A DNA stretch of 64,000 nucleotides, taken from an uncultured virus (IMG/VR IMGVR_UViG_3300021437_000014) (lineage: Duplodnaviria; Heunggongvirae; Uroviricota; Caudoviricetes). The stretch lies in the IMG/VR virus record IMGVR_UViG_3300021437_000014. One strand, written 5' to 3'. Position 1 is the stretch's first letter. Every line of letters starts with the position of its first letter. Positions 18,082 through 28,900 of this stretch are shown one piece after another. Made by a program: the position numbers and the translations under genes. The notes under the pieces are model-generated. The model was given only the letters and a program-made list of their open reading frames with translations. It ran no database searches and was not told the DNA's origin.

Positions 18082-19332
18082 ATGACATTCGCTTCATCTT
18101 CAAGCACGGAACTTGTACTTCATAGAGAGCAGACTTTCGGTGCAGTCTCACAACTTGGTAATCCTGTCAAAATACGGGTTACTGGTGAGAGTCTGGACTA
18201 CGCAATAAACAAAGAGTCTAGCAAAGAACTCAGCACGACACGCGGGTCTTCAAGCGCAGTGTCTCTGTCTGCGGGTACTTCAGGTGGCATCCAGATGGAG
18301 ATGCACTACCGAGGCCCTGATATGCTTCTGGCTTCAACCCTGCAGGACAACTGGGTAGGTTTCGGCTCAGGAGGCTTGGGTGAGGCTACGTTGGTTAATG
18401 TTACGGCCACAACTATCACAGCGGCAGTGCCGACAAGTGGCTCCAGCAACTTCTCTGTACTGAAACCTGGACAATGGTTTAGGCTTGTCAGCGCAGGGCC
18501 GAATAACGGAAAAATCTTGCGGGTCAGCAAGGTTAGCCTGCCTACGGCGAGTGTTCTGACACTCGACCCTAACACACCTGCAGCACCAAATCTTGCAGAG
18601 TCTGTGCAAATTGAATCAAGCCGCTTGACTCATGGCACGCTGCAGTCGTCATTCTCTATTGAGCGAATCAGCCCGGACATTGGTGTTTTCACACTATTCA
18701 CTGGACAGACACCTAGTAAGCTTTCGTTGAAGGTCGAGTCGTCACAGATTACTACACTTGGCTTTGACTTTGTTGGTAAGTCTGCAGAGCAGACTGAAGT
18801 AACAAGTTTACCAGACCCGGTGGCAGACGCAGCTACCTTTGACATTCACTCAGGTGTGCTAGGTGAAGAGAATGCTATCTGGTTCAATGAAGCACCAACA
18901 ACAAATACTTATGTTAAGTCTATAAGTGTAGATTTTGACAATGCTCTGCGTGCCCAAAATGCTGTAGGCTATCTTGAATCTGTTGCAATCGGCAGTGGTA
19001 CGATTAGCTGTACTGTAAACATGCAGGTCTACTTTGCAGATAAAGCACTGTTTAACTCATTTAGGTCTAATGGACGTAGCTCAGTAGCGTTTAGGTCACT
19101 TGATGATCAAGGTAATGGTTACATCTTTACATTCCCAGCACTCAATATAGCCTCGTGGAAGTCGAATGCAGGAGGAAAAGACAACGATATGCTGGTAGAC
19201 CTGCAATGTACAGCACTGCTTGACTCAACTACTACTGATGTGTCACAGCAGAAGTTGCTGTTTATTGACAGGCTTGGACCTAACTACCAGTCAACAACTT
19301 GGTACAACTACTTCTTCAGGCCCGCTGCCTAA
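18082..19332 (+). CDS. Tail tube protein paralog 1 (probably minor)
   Basis: EQTFG, RVTGESLD, SFSIER, VYFAD; colinear with 19439..20653. Confidence 0.8.
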   Translation: MTFASSSSTELVLHREQTFGAVSQLGNPVKIRVTGESLDYAINKESSKELSTTRGSSSAVSLSAGTSGGIQMEMHYRGPDMLLASTLQDNWVGFGSGGLGEATLVNVTATTITAAVPTSGSSNFSVLKPGQWFRLVSAGPNNGKILRVSKVSLPTASVLTLDPNTPAAPNLAESVQIESSRLTHGTLQSSFSIERISPDIGVFTLFTGQTPSKLSLKVESSQITTLGFDFVGKSAEQTEVTSLPDPVADAATFDIHSGVLGEENAIWFNEAPTTNTYVKSISVDFDNALRAQNAVGYLESVAIGSGTISCTVNMQVYFADKALFNSFRSNGRSSVAFRSLDDQGNGYIFTFPALNIASWKSNAGGKDNDMLVDLQCTALLDSTTTDVSQQKLLFIDRLGPNYQSTTWYNYFFRPAA

Positions 19333-19438
19333 CGAAAGAAGTGTAACATTTCATAACCCATTAACCTGAAGTGTAAGGTAGCAGTCGTGTGCATCGTCTT
19401 AGACTGCTGCAAAGTCCCACTAACCGGAGCAATCAATC

Positions 19439-20653
19439 ATGGCACTTGCATCATCCAGTTCTATCGTAGTTCGTTACATCAAGGAAGCAACCTTTGGTGT
19501 CACCCCCGTAACCGGAAACTCCAAAGAAGTTCGAGTAACTGGAGAAAGTCTTGACTTTGCGATCAGCAAAGAGTCAAGCAAAGAGATCAACGCTTCGCGT
19601 GGCGTGTCCAGCATGGTGCCTGTCGATGCCAGCACCAGCGGCGGCTTGCAGATGGAAATGCATTACAACGGTCCAGATGATTTCATGGAGTCTGCGCTGC
19701 AGTCCACCTGGAGCGTGTTTGGTACGGCTGGCGTTGGCGCTGCTACCGCAACTTCTACCATCACCGCGACCACCATCACGGCCTCTGCAGCCACTACGGG
19801 CAGCAATGCCTTCACCTTGCTGAAGAAGGGTCAATGGTTCCGAGTCTCCAGCGCTGGTGCAAACAACGGCAAGATTCTGCGCGTGTCGTCTGTGACTGCA
19901 CCAACAACCACTATCATCACCCTGGATACCAACACACCTGCTGCAGCCAGCACCGCTGAGTCTATCCAGATTCAGTCCAGCCGCCTGACCCACGGCAATA
20001 CCCAGACCTCGTTCTCTATCGAGCGTGAGAACTTTGACATTGACGTGCATACAGTGTTCCGTGGTCAAACACCTAGCAAGATGAACATTAGCATCCAGTC
20101 TGGGGCACTATCCACCTTGTCGTTTGACTTCATGGGCAAGAACGCTGACCAGAGTGATGCAACTTACCTGCCAGGCACTCCAGTTGCTGCTCCTGCGTAT
20201 GATATTCACTCCGGCGTGTCTGGTGCTACTAACTCTGTATGGCTTGATGGCTCTCCAGTGACTGGTACATTTGTTAAGAGTGTGTCTCTGGACTTTGATA
20301 ATGCATTACGTAACCAGGGTGCTATTGGCTCTCTTGGTGCTGTAGCTATCGGTTCTGGTACCATCAACTGCTCTGCCTCCACCCAGATTTACTTTGCCAA
20401 CAAAGACCTGTTCAACAAGTTCAAGGCAAATACCAACACTTCGTTGATCTTCCACAGCTCTGATTATGCAGGCAATACCTACGTGATTACAGTGCCCGTG
20501 GCAAATATCAGCACCTGGAAGTCGAATGCTGGCGGCAAAGATGCTGACATGATGGTCGATGTGTCGCTGACCGCCTTGATTGATGCAGCAAACACTGACC
20601 CCACCTTGCGTCGCCTGATCTTCATTGATCGTCTGGGTGCCGCAGTCGTGTAA
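19439..20653 (+). CDS. Major tail tube protein (paralog 2)
   Basis: YIKEATFGVTP, RVTGESLD, SFSIER; GGAG RBS; high-expression codon bias. Confidence 0.85.
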   Translation: MALASSSSIVVRYIKEATFGVTPVTGNSKEVRVTGESLDFAISKESSKEINASRGVSSMVPVDASTSGGLQMEMHYNGPDDFMESALQSTWSVFGTAGVGAATATSTITATTITASAATTGSNAFTLLKKGQWFRVSSAGANNGKILRVSSVTAPTTTIITLDTNTPAAASTAESIQIQSSRLTHGNTQTSFSIERENFDIDVHTVFRGQTPSKMNISIQSGALSTLSFDFMGKNADQSDATYLPGTPVAAPAYDIHSGVSGATNSVWLDGSPVTGTFVKSVSLDFDNALRNQGAIGSLGAVAIGSGTINCSASTQIYFANKDLFNKFKANTNTSLIFHSSDYAGNTYVITVPVANISTWKSNAGGKDADMMVDVSLTALIDAANTDPTLRRLIFIDRLGAAVV

Positions 20654-20691
20654 CGTGCGCCGTGAGTGAGTAGATCAAGTTCCTCCTGGTT

Positions 20692-20726
20692 AACTTCACA
20701 TAATTGCAGACCAATTATGTGAAGTT
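20692..20726. repeat. Perfect 15-bp inverted repeat upstream of tnpB
   Basis: AACTTCACATAATTG-cagac-CAATTATGTGAAGTT. Confidence 0.9.
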
Positions 20727-20749
20727 GAAGATGTGCTATGATAATACCC

Positions 20750-21901
20750 ATGCAGACTAAAACGCTCAAGCTCCGAATTAAAGACAAGCACGCAGCTTGG
20801 CTTCGCGGATTGGCGCGTGAAGTTAATCAGGTGTTCAACTTCTGCAATGAGGTATCAGCCAAGGCCAGCAGCCCGTACAACAGCAAGCCCCGGTGGTTGT
20901 CTGGGTACGACTTGCAAAAGTTGGTCGCAGGTTCTACCAAAGGTGAAGATGCGCTGAGTATTCCGAGCCAGACCTTGCAGCAGGTCTGCGAGGAGTACGC
21001 CTCCCGCCGTAAGCAGTTCAAGAAGCACAAACTGCGCTGGCGCGTCAGCAACCCAAAGTCCAGCAAGTACAGCTTGGGCTGGCTGCCATTCAAGAAGGGC
21101 ACTGTGGTCTACAAGAACGGTCAGATTCGCTATGCTGGCAAGCTGCTCTCCTTGTGGGACAGCTACAGTCTGGGACAATTTGAATTGCGTGCAGGGTCAA
21201 TCACGGAGGACAGCCGGGGCCGCTGGTACTTGAACGTGGTCGTGCAGGTGGAATCCACCAATGGCAACGGTACGTCGATCTTGGGTATCGACCTGGGCCT
21301 CAAGGAGGCTGCTTCCTGCTCGGACGGTCAGGTTCTCAAAAGCCGCTGGTTCCGTGAAATGGAACAGGCGCTGGCAACAGCGCAGCGATCTGGAAAGAAG
21401 ATGCGCACCAAGGCAATACACGCCAAGATAGCGAACCGCCGAAAAGATGCGATGCACAAACTGTCCACCAAGTTGGTGAAAGAGAATGCTGCCATCTTTG
21501 TCGGCAACGTGGCCAGCGCGAAGTTGGTCAAGACCAACATGGCCAAGTCCACACTTGATGCGGGCTGGTCTATGTTCAAGACGATGTTGGAATACAAAGC
21601 CCAAGCGGCTGGTGTCGTCTTTGAGGAAGTGAACGAGGCTTGGAGCACTCAAAAGTGCTCGGCTTGTGGGAGTATTGAGGGGCCGAAAGGCCGCAAAGAG
21701 TTGTATGTCCGTTCATGGACGTGCTCATGTGGAGCGCACCACGATCGGGATGTCAACGCCGCAACCAATATCTGCGCAAAGGGTCTCGCTCAGTTAGCAA
21801 TCTCCAAGGCAGCAGAGGTGGAAGCCGGTGAACCTGTCTTGAATAAGGCGCAAGCCGAGGTCGGACATGGCCTTCCTGCAGAGGGAATCCTCACCCTTTA
21901 G
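20750..21901 (+). CDS. tnpB: RNA-guided endonuclease TnpB with rearranged RuvC-II
   Basis: RuvC-I LGIDLG; canonical RuvC-II site reads IFVGNV; alternative Glu in VNEAWSTQ; zinc finger CSACG...CSCG; RuvC-III HDRDVNAATNI. Confidence 0.93.
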   Translation: MQTKTLKLRIKDKHAAWLRGLAREVNQVFNFCNEVSAKASSPYNSKPRWLSGYDLQKLVAGSTKGEDALSIPSQTLQQVCEEYASRRKQFKKHKLRWRVSNPKSSKYSLGWLPFKKGTVVYKNGQIRYAGKLLSLWDSYSLGQFELRAGSITEDSRGRWYLNVVVQVESTNGNGTSILGIDLGLKEAASCSDGQVLKSRWFREMEQALATAQRSGKKMRTKAIHAKIANRRKDAMHKLSTKLVKENAAIFVGNVASAKLVKTNMAKSTLDAGWSMFKTMLEYKAQAAGVVFEEVNEAWSTQKCSACGSIEGPKGRKELYVRSWTCSCGAHHDRDVNAATNICAKGLAQLAISKAAEVEAGEPVLNKAQAEVGHGLPAEGILTL

Positions 21902-21935
21902 AGTGAGGAGGATGTCAAGCTTGGTTGTTGGGCGT
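21770..21935 (+). ncRNA. Predicted omegaRNA (reRNA) scaffold plus guide; 5' end approximate
   Basis: Right-end hairpin TCCTCAC...GTGAGGA (21888-21909), TCAA end 21915-21918, predicted guide GCTTGGTTGTTGGGCGT from 21919. Confidence 0.65.
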
Positions 21936-22074
21936 CGATTAACCCTCAAGGTCCTGCGATCTTGAGTGTTTCTTAGGTCCAAGCGCCACTGTTATATTTT
22001 CTCTGCGCAGTCTGCTCTGCGGAGGTTCGGTCAACCGTATAATGCAGGTCTCAACAACCAACGGAGTAATCCAC

Positions 22075-22482
22075 ATGATCGACCTGTTTTCCGCTTTTGC
22101 CGTAGACGCTGCCCAAGAACAAGAAGGTACCTTGACCGAATTGCCCGGTTGTGGCGATACCAAGTGGCGTATCGCTCGTGAAGGCAATAAGAACTACAGC
22201 AAGTTACTGCAGAAGCTCGTGAAGCAAAACCGGGCAGTGCTTGATAGCAAGGGTCCTGCAGCAGAGGCCAAGTCTGACGAAATCTTGATTGAAGTCATGT
22301 CGAAGACCATCCTGATTGGCTGGGAAGGTGAGATTTCCTACAAGGGTAAGATGTACAAACACAGTATTGACGCTGCTAAAATGCTGCTTGCTCATAAAGA
22401 CTTCCGTGTGGCTGTGATTGATATGTCTACCAACATGGAGACTTTCAAAGTTGTGAAAGACGAAGAAGACACAAAAAACTAA
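22075..22482 (+). CDS. Tail assembly chaperone (G-like)
   Basis: TATAAT at 22038, GGAG RBS; ILIGWEG motif; between tail tube and tape measure. Confidence 0.8.
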   Translation: MIDLFSAFAVDAAQEQEGTLTELPGCGDTKWRIAREGNKNYSKLLQKLVKQNRAVLDSKGPAAEAKSDEILIEVMSKTILIGWEGEISYKGKMYKHSIDAAKMLLAHKDFRVAVIDMSTNMETFKVVKDEEDTKN

Positions 22483-22841
22483 CAGAATGGCTGAACTGGC
22501 AGATCACCTGGGGTGACTCGCTTAAGATGCTTATGGATATGTGGGAGGAAACTGGAATAAAGCCTTCTACACTTGTCAATAGGCCAGTCCTAGCTAATCG
22601 TTGGGAAATACCTCATGTAGTATGGTTGGAATTATCAGGAAGTAGGAATTACACAGCAGCAGGTGCTGCAGAGATTCCATTTTCTGAGTTCTACTTTTGG
22701 GCAAATGCACACAACTACACAAAGGCAGAACTTGTCAGTATGTGGGAAGATGTACATACAGTAGATAAGGTCTGGTTAAGTGAAAGTAACCGATATGCAG
22801 AGGCAAAGCGAAATACAGAAAGCCAGCCAGCCAAAAAGTGA
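22473..22841 (+). CDS. Tail assembly chaperone -1 frameshift extension (GT-like)
   Basis: Slippery A AAA AAC at 22473-22479; -1 frame LTEWLNWQITWGDSLK runs into ORF 22527..22841. Confidence 0.8.
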   Translation, partial: KKLTEWLNWQITWGDSLKMLMDMWEETGIKPSTLVNRPVLANRWEIPHVVWLELSGSRNYTAAGAAEIPFSEFYFWANAHNYTKAELVSMWEDVHTVDKVWLSESNRYAEAKRNTESQPAKK

Positions 22842-22851
22842 AGTGTCCAAT

Positions 22852-22877
22852 AAAAGCCCGGTCTAACCGGGCTTTTT
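22852..22877 (+). terminator. Intrinsic terminator
   Basis: AAAAGCCCGG-TCTAA-CCGGGCTTTTT. Confidence 0.8.
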
Positions 22878-22929
22878 CATGCTTGCTGCGCTTTAAAATC
22901 GCTTACAGCGATTTTACGGAAAGCTCAGC

Positions 22930-25900
22930 ATGTCCCAAGAAGCAGAATTTGACCTAAGCGGTGTCCAGCGACCAGTCGAGAGCACACTCTCACTGTTGAG
23001 CCAGCTTGAGAACAAGCTGCGCCAGCTTGACCGCGCCAGCGCCAGGAACCTTGTTGCAGAACTCGAAAAACTCGGCAAGGGTGGTCTACATATGGCAGAG
23101 TCTATCAGGACTGCTGGTGATGCTGTAGAGCGGGAAATGAAGCGTATTGACAACATGAAGGGTGGACGTGGACGTGGCTATGAGGACGAACTTGTGCGTC
23201 GTCGTGCAAGTCTGAAGTCTGCCCAGGACACTGAGCTTAAGTTGATAGAGTCCCATTTTTTGAATGTAGTTAAGCTTGAAGATGAATTTTCTCGTAAGTC
23301 TTTAGCGGCTAAGCAAAAAGCCAGGGATGAGTCTTTGAAACTTGACATGGAAGACCGTAGAGTAAATATTTTAAATAGGTTCAACCAACGTCAAGAAGTT
23401 TCACGTGTTGTTTCCAGTGCATTCACGCCTATGAGCGAAGTTAATCGTAGACAGCGTGCAAGAGTTGCAGCAGACTGGGAGTCAGACACACGTAATGTCC
23501 TAGGGCCTATGCTTGCCCTCAAAAAACAACATGATGACGAAATACAACAAGAAAAGTTGCATGGCAAGAAAATCATTGAAGTGAAGAAAGGCATACAAGA
23601 AGCACAGGCAATTGCACTTAACGAGGCAGTTAACCGAGAGTTAGGTATACGTAAGCAAAACCAGGAGGCTGATGTAGCAACTGCCAGAGCAAAGTTCCGT
23701 TACCAGACAACCGGCAAAGTTGACTTCGACCTATCAAAACCTGAACCAAAGTTTGTCTCTCCTGTCAAACCTTCAGATGTTAAACACGTCACTGACCTGT
23801 CTCAGGCTTTCCGTCGCCTGACTCTTGATGGCAATGATGTTCACTCGATGGCACGCGGCCTTGCGTCAGGCTTCAACCTCTTGTGGTTGACCTGGGGAAA
23901 CCTTGTGCCGTTGATGGCAGGTAGTGCTCTGTCCTTCGGTACAGTAAAGTCGTTCAAACTTGGGTCTGAGTTTGAGCAAAGCATGTTTGAGATAACCAGC
24001 CTGGCAGGCATGGCACAGGGTGAAGCAGCCAAGTTGTCTAAGACGATACTTGACTTGGCCGGTAGCAGCATGTATTCGGCAAACGAAGCAGCTAAAGCCG
24101 CAAAAATTTTGTCACTTGCCGGTCTTAAAGGCACTGAAGTAGCTGCCGCACTCCGACCTACACTCCAGTTTGCTACTGCAGGCGGTACGTCCCTAGAAGA
24201 ATCTGCTCAGGTGCTAACCTCAGTCGGTGAGGCTTACAAATTCACGGCAGGCCAGTACAGTGTTGTTGCTGACATTATCACCAAAGCATCTTCTGACTCT
24301 CTGGCATCTGTGAAGGATATGAGCGAAGCCTTCAAGACAGCCTCTGTGCTTGCTCAGACTTATGGTGTATCTCTCACTGATACGTCTATTGCACTTGAGA
24401 TGCTTGCTCAGATCGGCATTAAAGGGTCTGCAGCAGGAACAGCTACTAGGAATACGTACACAGAACTTGCCAAGGGTGAGGGCAAGGTTGGTGATATACT
24501 GAAAAAACTGAAAGTTAATTTACTTGATTCTACAGGCGCTGCAAAACCACTGCTTGACATAATGAAGGAGTTTACTGAAGCCACAATAAATCTGACAGGC
24601 AAGGAGCAAGTTCGCATTGCGTCTGTAGTCTCTAATGAGCGTGGTCATAAACTCTTGGCAGCAGCAACAGCAAAGTTGCAAGAAGTAATGAAGAGTTCGC
24701 AGAAGACTCTTCTTGATGAAGCTGAGGCTCATGCCAAAGCGGGTAGAGCTGCAGAAGCCAATGAACTGCGAGTAAAAGCAGTCAATAATGCTTATCTGGA
24801 GCTTAAAGACACCTACGAGCAACAGTTCAAGTCTGCCGCAGGTATTACGTTTTTTGCGGACCTTGATCGTCAGATGACCAGTCTAGGTACTTATGACGGT
24901 GTTATAGCGTCTCTGCAGAGAAGCCTGCTTGAGGCATTTGAAGGCGCAAGGCCCTATCTCATAGACTTTGGTCTGTCACTTCGCGAAGTTTTTAATAGTA
25001 AATCATTCAGAGAAGATGTAACTTCGATTGTCACTTCAGTGGCTAATTTTGGTAGAGGCCTGCTTGACGTTACAAAGTATCTGTATGAGCATAAGACAGC
25101 AGTGGCGGGTGTACTTGCCCTATACCTTGGGTTTGGTCCCCTTAAGGCTGTCGCAGGTATTCTTGGCGGTGTCTCCACTGGGCTGATAGGTATAACCGCT
25201 GCAGCAGCCTCAGCCTCTATCGGGCTGCTGCCCCTTAGTACAGCGTTTGCGGGTGTCACGGCTGGCGTTGCCAGTGCTGGGTCTACCCTTAGCCTCTACG
25301 GGTCTTCAGTGGCTGCAGTAGCCCTTGGTAACGCTTCGGCTGTCAACCCGACCATGCTATTTACTTCGGCTGTGTGGGGCTTGCGTGCAGGATTGCTTGG
25401 CATGGCAGCGGCTGCGGCCTTCACTGCCTCAGTCGGGATTGCCAGCTTGTTTTCCTCCGGTGAGAGAGAAGCCATAAATAAGAAAACTGCCGCAGCGAAA
25501 GACAACATAGACATGTTGAAGCGTCAGCGAGACATGCAGGGTGATGTTATAAGCGATGAAATCGCTAGGCTGAAAGAAGCTGCTGATAATCGTAATAATA
25601 TAGCCGTAAACGATAGAGACTCCACTAGAAAGCTTAATGCGGCTACTGACACTAGAATAGATAAGCTTTATGATGAAAAAGTAGCTTTGGCTAACCTTAA
25701 TAGAGAGTCAGAACTGCTCAGTTATAGAAAACTAGAAAACTACTCTCCATTGGGTGAGTATGACATAACAAGTAAGTATGACGCAGAGGTCAAAAGTATT
25801 AATGACCTTCGTAAAGCTGAAAAAGCTAAAAACTCTGAAAATATTGCTTACCTTCTTAAACTGAAGGTAGCAGAGCAGGAATATGCACTCGTGCAGTCTA

Positions 25901-28900
25901 AGACTGCACGTGAGAAACTTTCCGGTACTAAGTTGGGACCGGAAACAGGCAAAGATAAGCAAGCCGCAGAGAAACTTGAAAAGTGGGCTAAAGATAACCT
26001 GGCTTCAATCACGTCTGGTGAGCAGCAGAAACTGGCAAAACTGAATGAGTCTTCCACGCGCCAGCGTGAAATTCTGGATGCCATGCATACAGCCAAGCTG
26101 GTAAGTGAGCGTGAGTATGTACGACAGTCCACACTCAACACATATGACCTTGAGCAGGAACGCTTGAAGTTAATCGTGTCCAGTGAAGCTGCCATTGAAG
26201 CAGAACTTGAGCGAGTCGTTAAGCGTGATATAGGCACACTAGGTCAGCGAGTATCTGCGGCAAAAGGTGATAATCAGAAGATCACCGCAGCATACACAGA
26301 GTTCTATGACCAGATGCAGTCACTTGGTGAGAAGGCTGCTGCAGATCGTGAGCGGCTTGCGAAAGACAAGGCTAAGGCGCTTGAAGACGTTGAGCATCGC
26401 CTTCAGCTTAACGCACTCAAGTCTACTGAGGTTATTGTAAAAGCTGAGGAAGATATTAGAAAAGCTCGTCAGACACGTGATATTGAGAATCAGAAAGAAG
26501 CAAAGTTACTGCAGGTTGCTGAGGCTTATGCACATATAACCGAGTCCTCGACTGCCACAGCTATCGCTGAGAAAGCTGCTGCAGAAGCGTCTGTCAATGC
26601 CTCAGCAAAACTTGAGGAGACCTTGAGGAACCTTGATCTCATTGTTCAGCAGACTGAAGATGCGTTCCTAGGTGCAGAAGATGCAGTATTCTCTGTACTA
26701 GACGCAGGCGGTATAGTGTCCAAAGCCATGCTGGATAACCTCACCGCCCAGGAAAAAGCACTTGCACGCATAGTAAACCTCAAGCGTAGTGTTGCTGAAG
26801 AAGGTGCTGTTGAAGTAGAGCAGTCAGCCGCTAAAGCTTATGAAAAGGTAATGCGTGATGACTCAGCACGCCTGCAGCGTAGTCTGGCTGATTCTGTCAG
26901 TACGGCCCTGTTCGACGGAGGAGTTGCAGGTAAAAAATCTCTGCGCGACTTGCTGGTCGCAGAACTCAAAAAGCCTTTTAACCTTGTAATCAATGCACTG
27001 ATCACTCCGATTGTCGGTGCCTTGTTGGGTAGTATGCCTGGCACTGCAGCAGCAAGTGATGGCAAAGCCTCTGTGTCTGGTCTTTACAAGAGTGTGACGA
27101 ATGGGGTCTCTGGTTCTGTGACGGAAGGTTTTGGAAAATTGTTCTCCAATGGCTTCGGAGAGAAACTCGGTTTTGCTACACCAAATGGCACTTACACAAC
27201 CGGCAGTGGTGCGGGCTACTCATTAACAGAGTCGGGGAATACCTGGGCAGGTTACACAGGTACTGCTGGTAACGCAATGGCAGGCTACGGCCTTTACACA
27301 GGGCTATCTGGTGGTTACAAAACCAATAGTGCTCTTGACGCCATCGGTAAGGTAGCCTCTCTATTTGGCCCCCTCTACGGCGCTATTGGCGGACTTGTGA
27401 ACCGGGCGTTCGGCAAGAGGGTCTCTGGGCAAGGTATCGAAGGTACATTCGGGGGTACTGCCGGGTTTACAGGCAATACGTACACAGACTACAAGGGTGG
27501 GTGGTTTCGCAGCAATTCTCGTGACCTGCAGACGCTTGACAGTAGCATGTCTGCAGGCCTGAGTGAAGGCTTTAACAACCTGAAACTTTTTAATGCAAAC
27601 CTCGGAAAAACCCTCAATCTTAGCGCTGACTCGTTAAATAATTACACAAAGCGTATTGAGTTCAGTACAGCGAGCATGACTAAGGAGCAGATTGCTCAAA
27701 GGCTTTCTGAAGAGTTCAGCGTCATGAACGATGAACTTGCTCAACTTATCCTTGGTACTTACCAGTACAATAAAGCCGGTGAGAAAAGTAGTGATGCACT
27801 TGTACGTCTAACCAATAGCCTGAATGACGCAAATGCAACTTTTGAGTTGCTCGGCTATTCGCTCTATGACAGCTCACTTGCTGGTGCTGCTATGGCTTCA
27901 GACCTTGCTGATAAGTTTGGCAGTCTATCTGAGTTAGTTAGTGTGTCAAAGTCTTACTATGACAACTACTATACAAGCGAAGAAAAGGCAAGACTTGGCA
28001 CATCACTGTTGACTGATAAGTTCAAGCGGCTTGGTTACACACTGCCTACGGCTACTGCCGGTTTTCGCTCTATTATCGAATCTCTTGACCTTACCACAAA
28101 GTCAGGTCAAGAGACTTATGCAGGCTTGCTCAAGCTCAACGGTGAGTTCAAGGACAACGCTGCAGCAATTGACGACCTTGCTAAAGTCAATTCTGACAAG
28201 TTGCTGAAGTCACTTATAGGTACTGGTGGTGTAGTGCCTACAATGTCAAACTTTGCAAGTGTTGTTGCATTGTTTAATACTGCGGCAACTCCTGCAGTTG
28301 ACTCTGCTAAATACTTTGTAGGTGCTGTAAGCACTGTAAGCACCTCTCTTAGCTCTGGTGGTGGAACCGTACTGTACTTCGGTGATCGAGTAGCAGACCT
28401 TACAGGTAAACTTGACCCTGCTCAACTCGCAGCAACCAAACTGAAAGACGAGATATTCAAACTCCAGGACAAGTCTGACCTTGCTCGTATCGGTATCGAG
28501 AATCTGCAGAAAGCCTTGGCAACCGTCGATACGACTGTGTTTAGCCAAACACTATCAACAGTCTTTGGTGAAGTTGCTAAAAAGTTACAGGATACACTTT
28601 CCTCAATTGCAGATCAGAGAGTTGCTGTACGTCAGGCTGCTGTTGATATTGTTGGTCCTAAAACATATAACTATGAGCAGTTGAAGCAATCTATTTCTAA
28701 TCAGAAAGTGAACGTTCCAGGTGCAGGTTTATTGGCTGCAGCTCAGACACGCCTGTCTGATGCTTTGTCTCGCAGGTCTGCTGCAGATGCCAACGTACTT
28801 TCTACCAAGTCAATTGCTGATATTAAATCTCAAGCTTCCGTGTCTGCTTACAATAACGCAATTGCCAAGCAGGCTGATGTATACACCAAACGGGACGCAG

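Larger units (their letters stand above)
20654..21918 (+). mobile_element. Non-autonomous IS200/IS605-family element (tnpB only); left boundary uncertain
   Basis: tnpB plus right end GAAT-hairpin-GGATGTCAA; no tnpA in the window. Confidence 0.75.

Noticed and set aside
20750..21901. TnpB as a nuclease-dead TldR repressor
   Set aside because: Both RuvC Asp residues are intact and the missing Glu has a compensating Glu at the known rearranged position
22050..22061. Complementarity of the guide region to the chaperone leader (CTCAACAACCAA)
   Set aside because: Guide positions 1-2 mismatch and a similar CAACAACC occurs in another leader near 59310; unlikely DNA target, though local RNA pairing is not excluded
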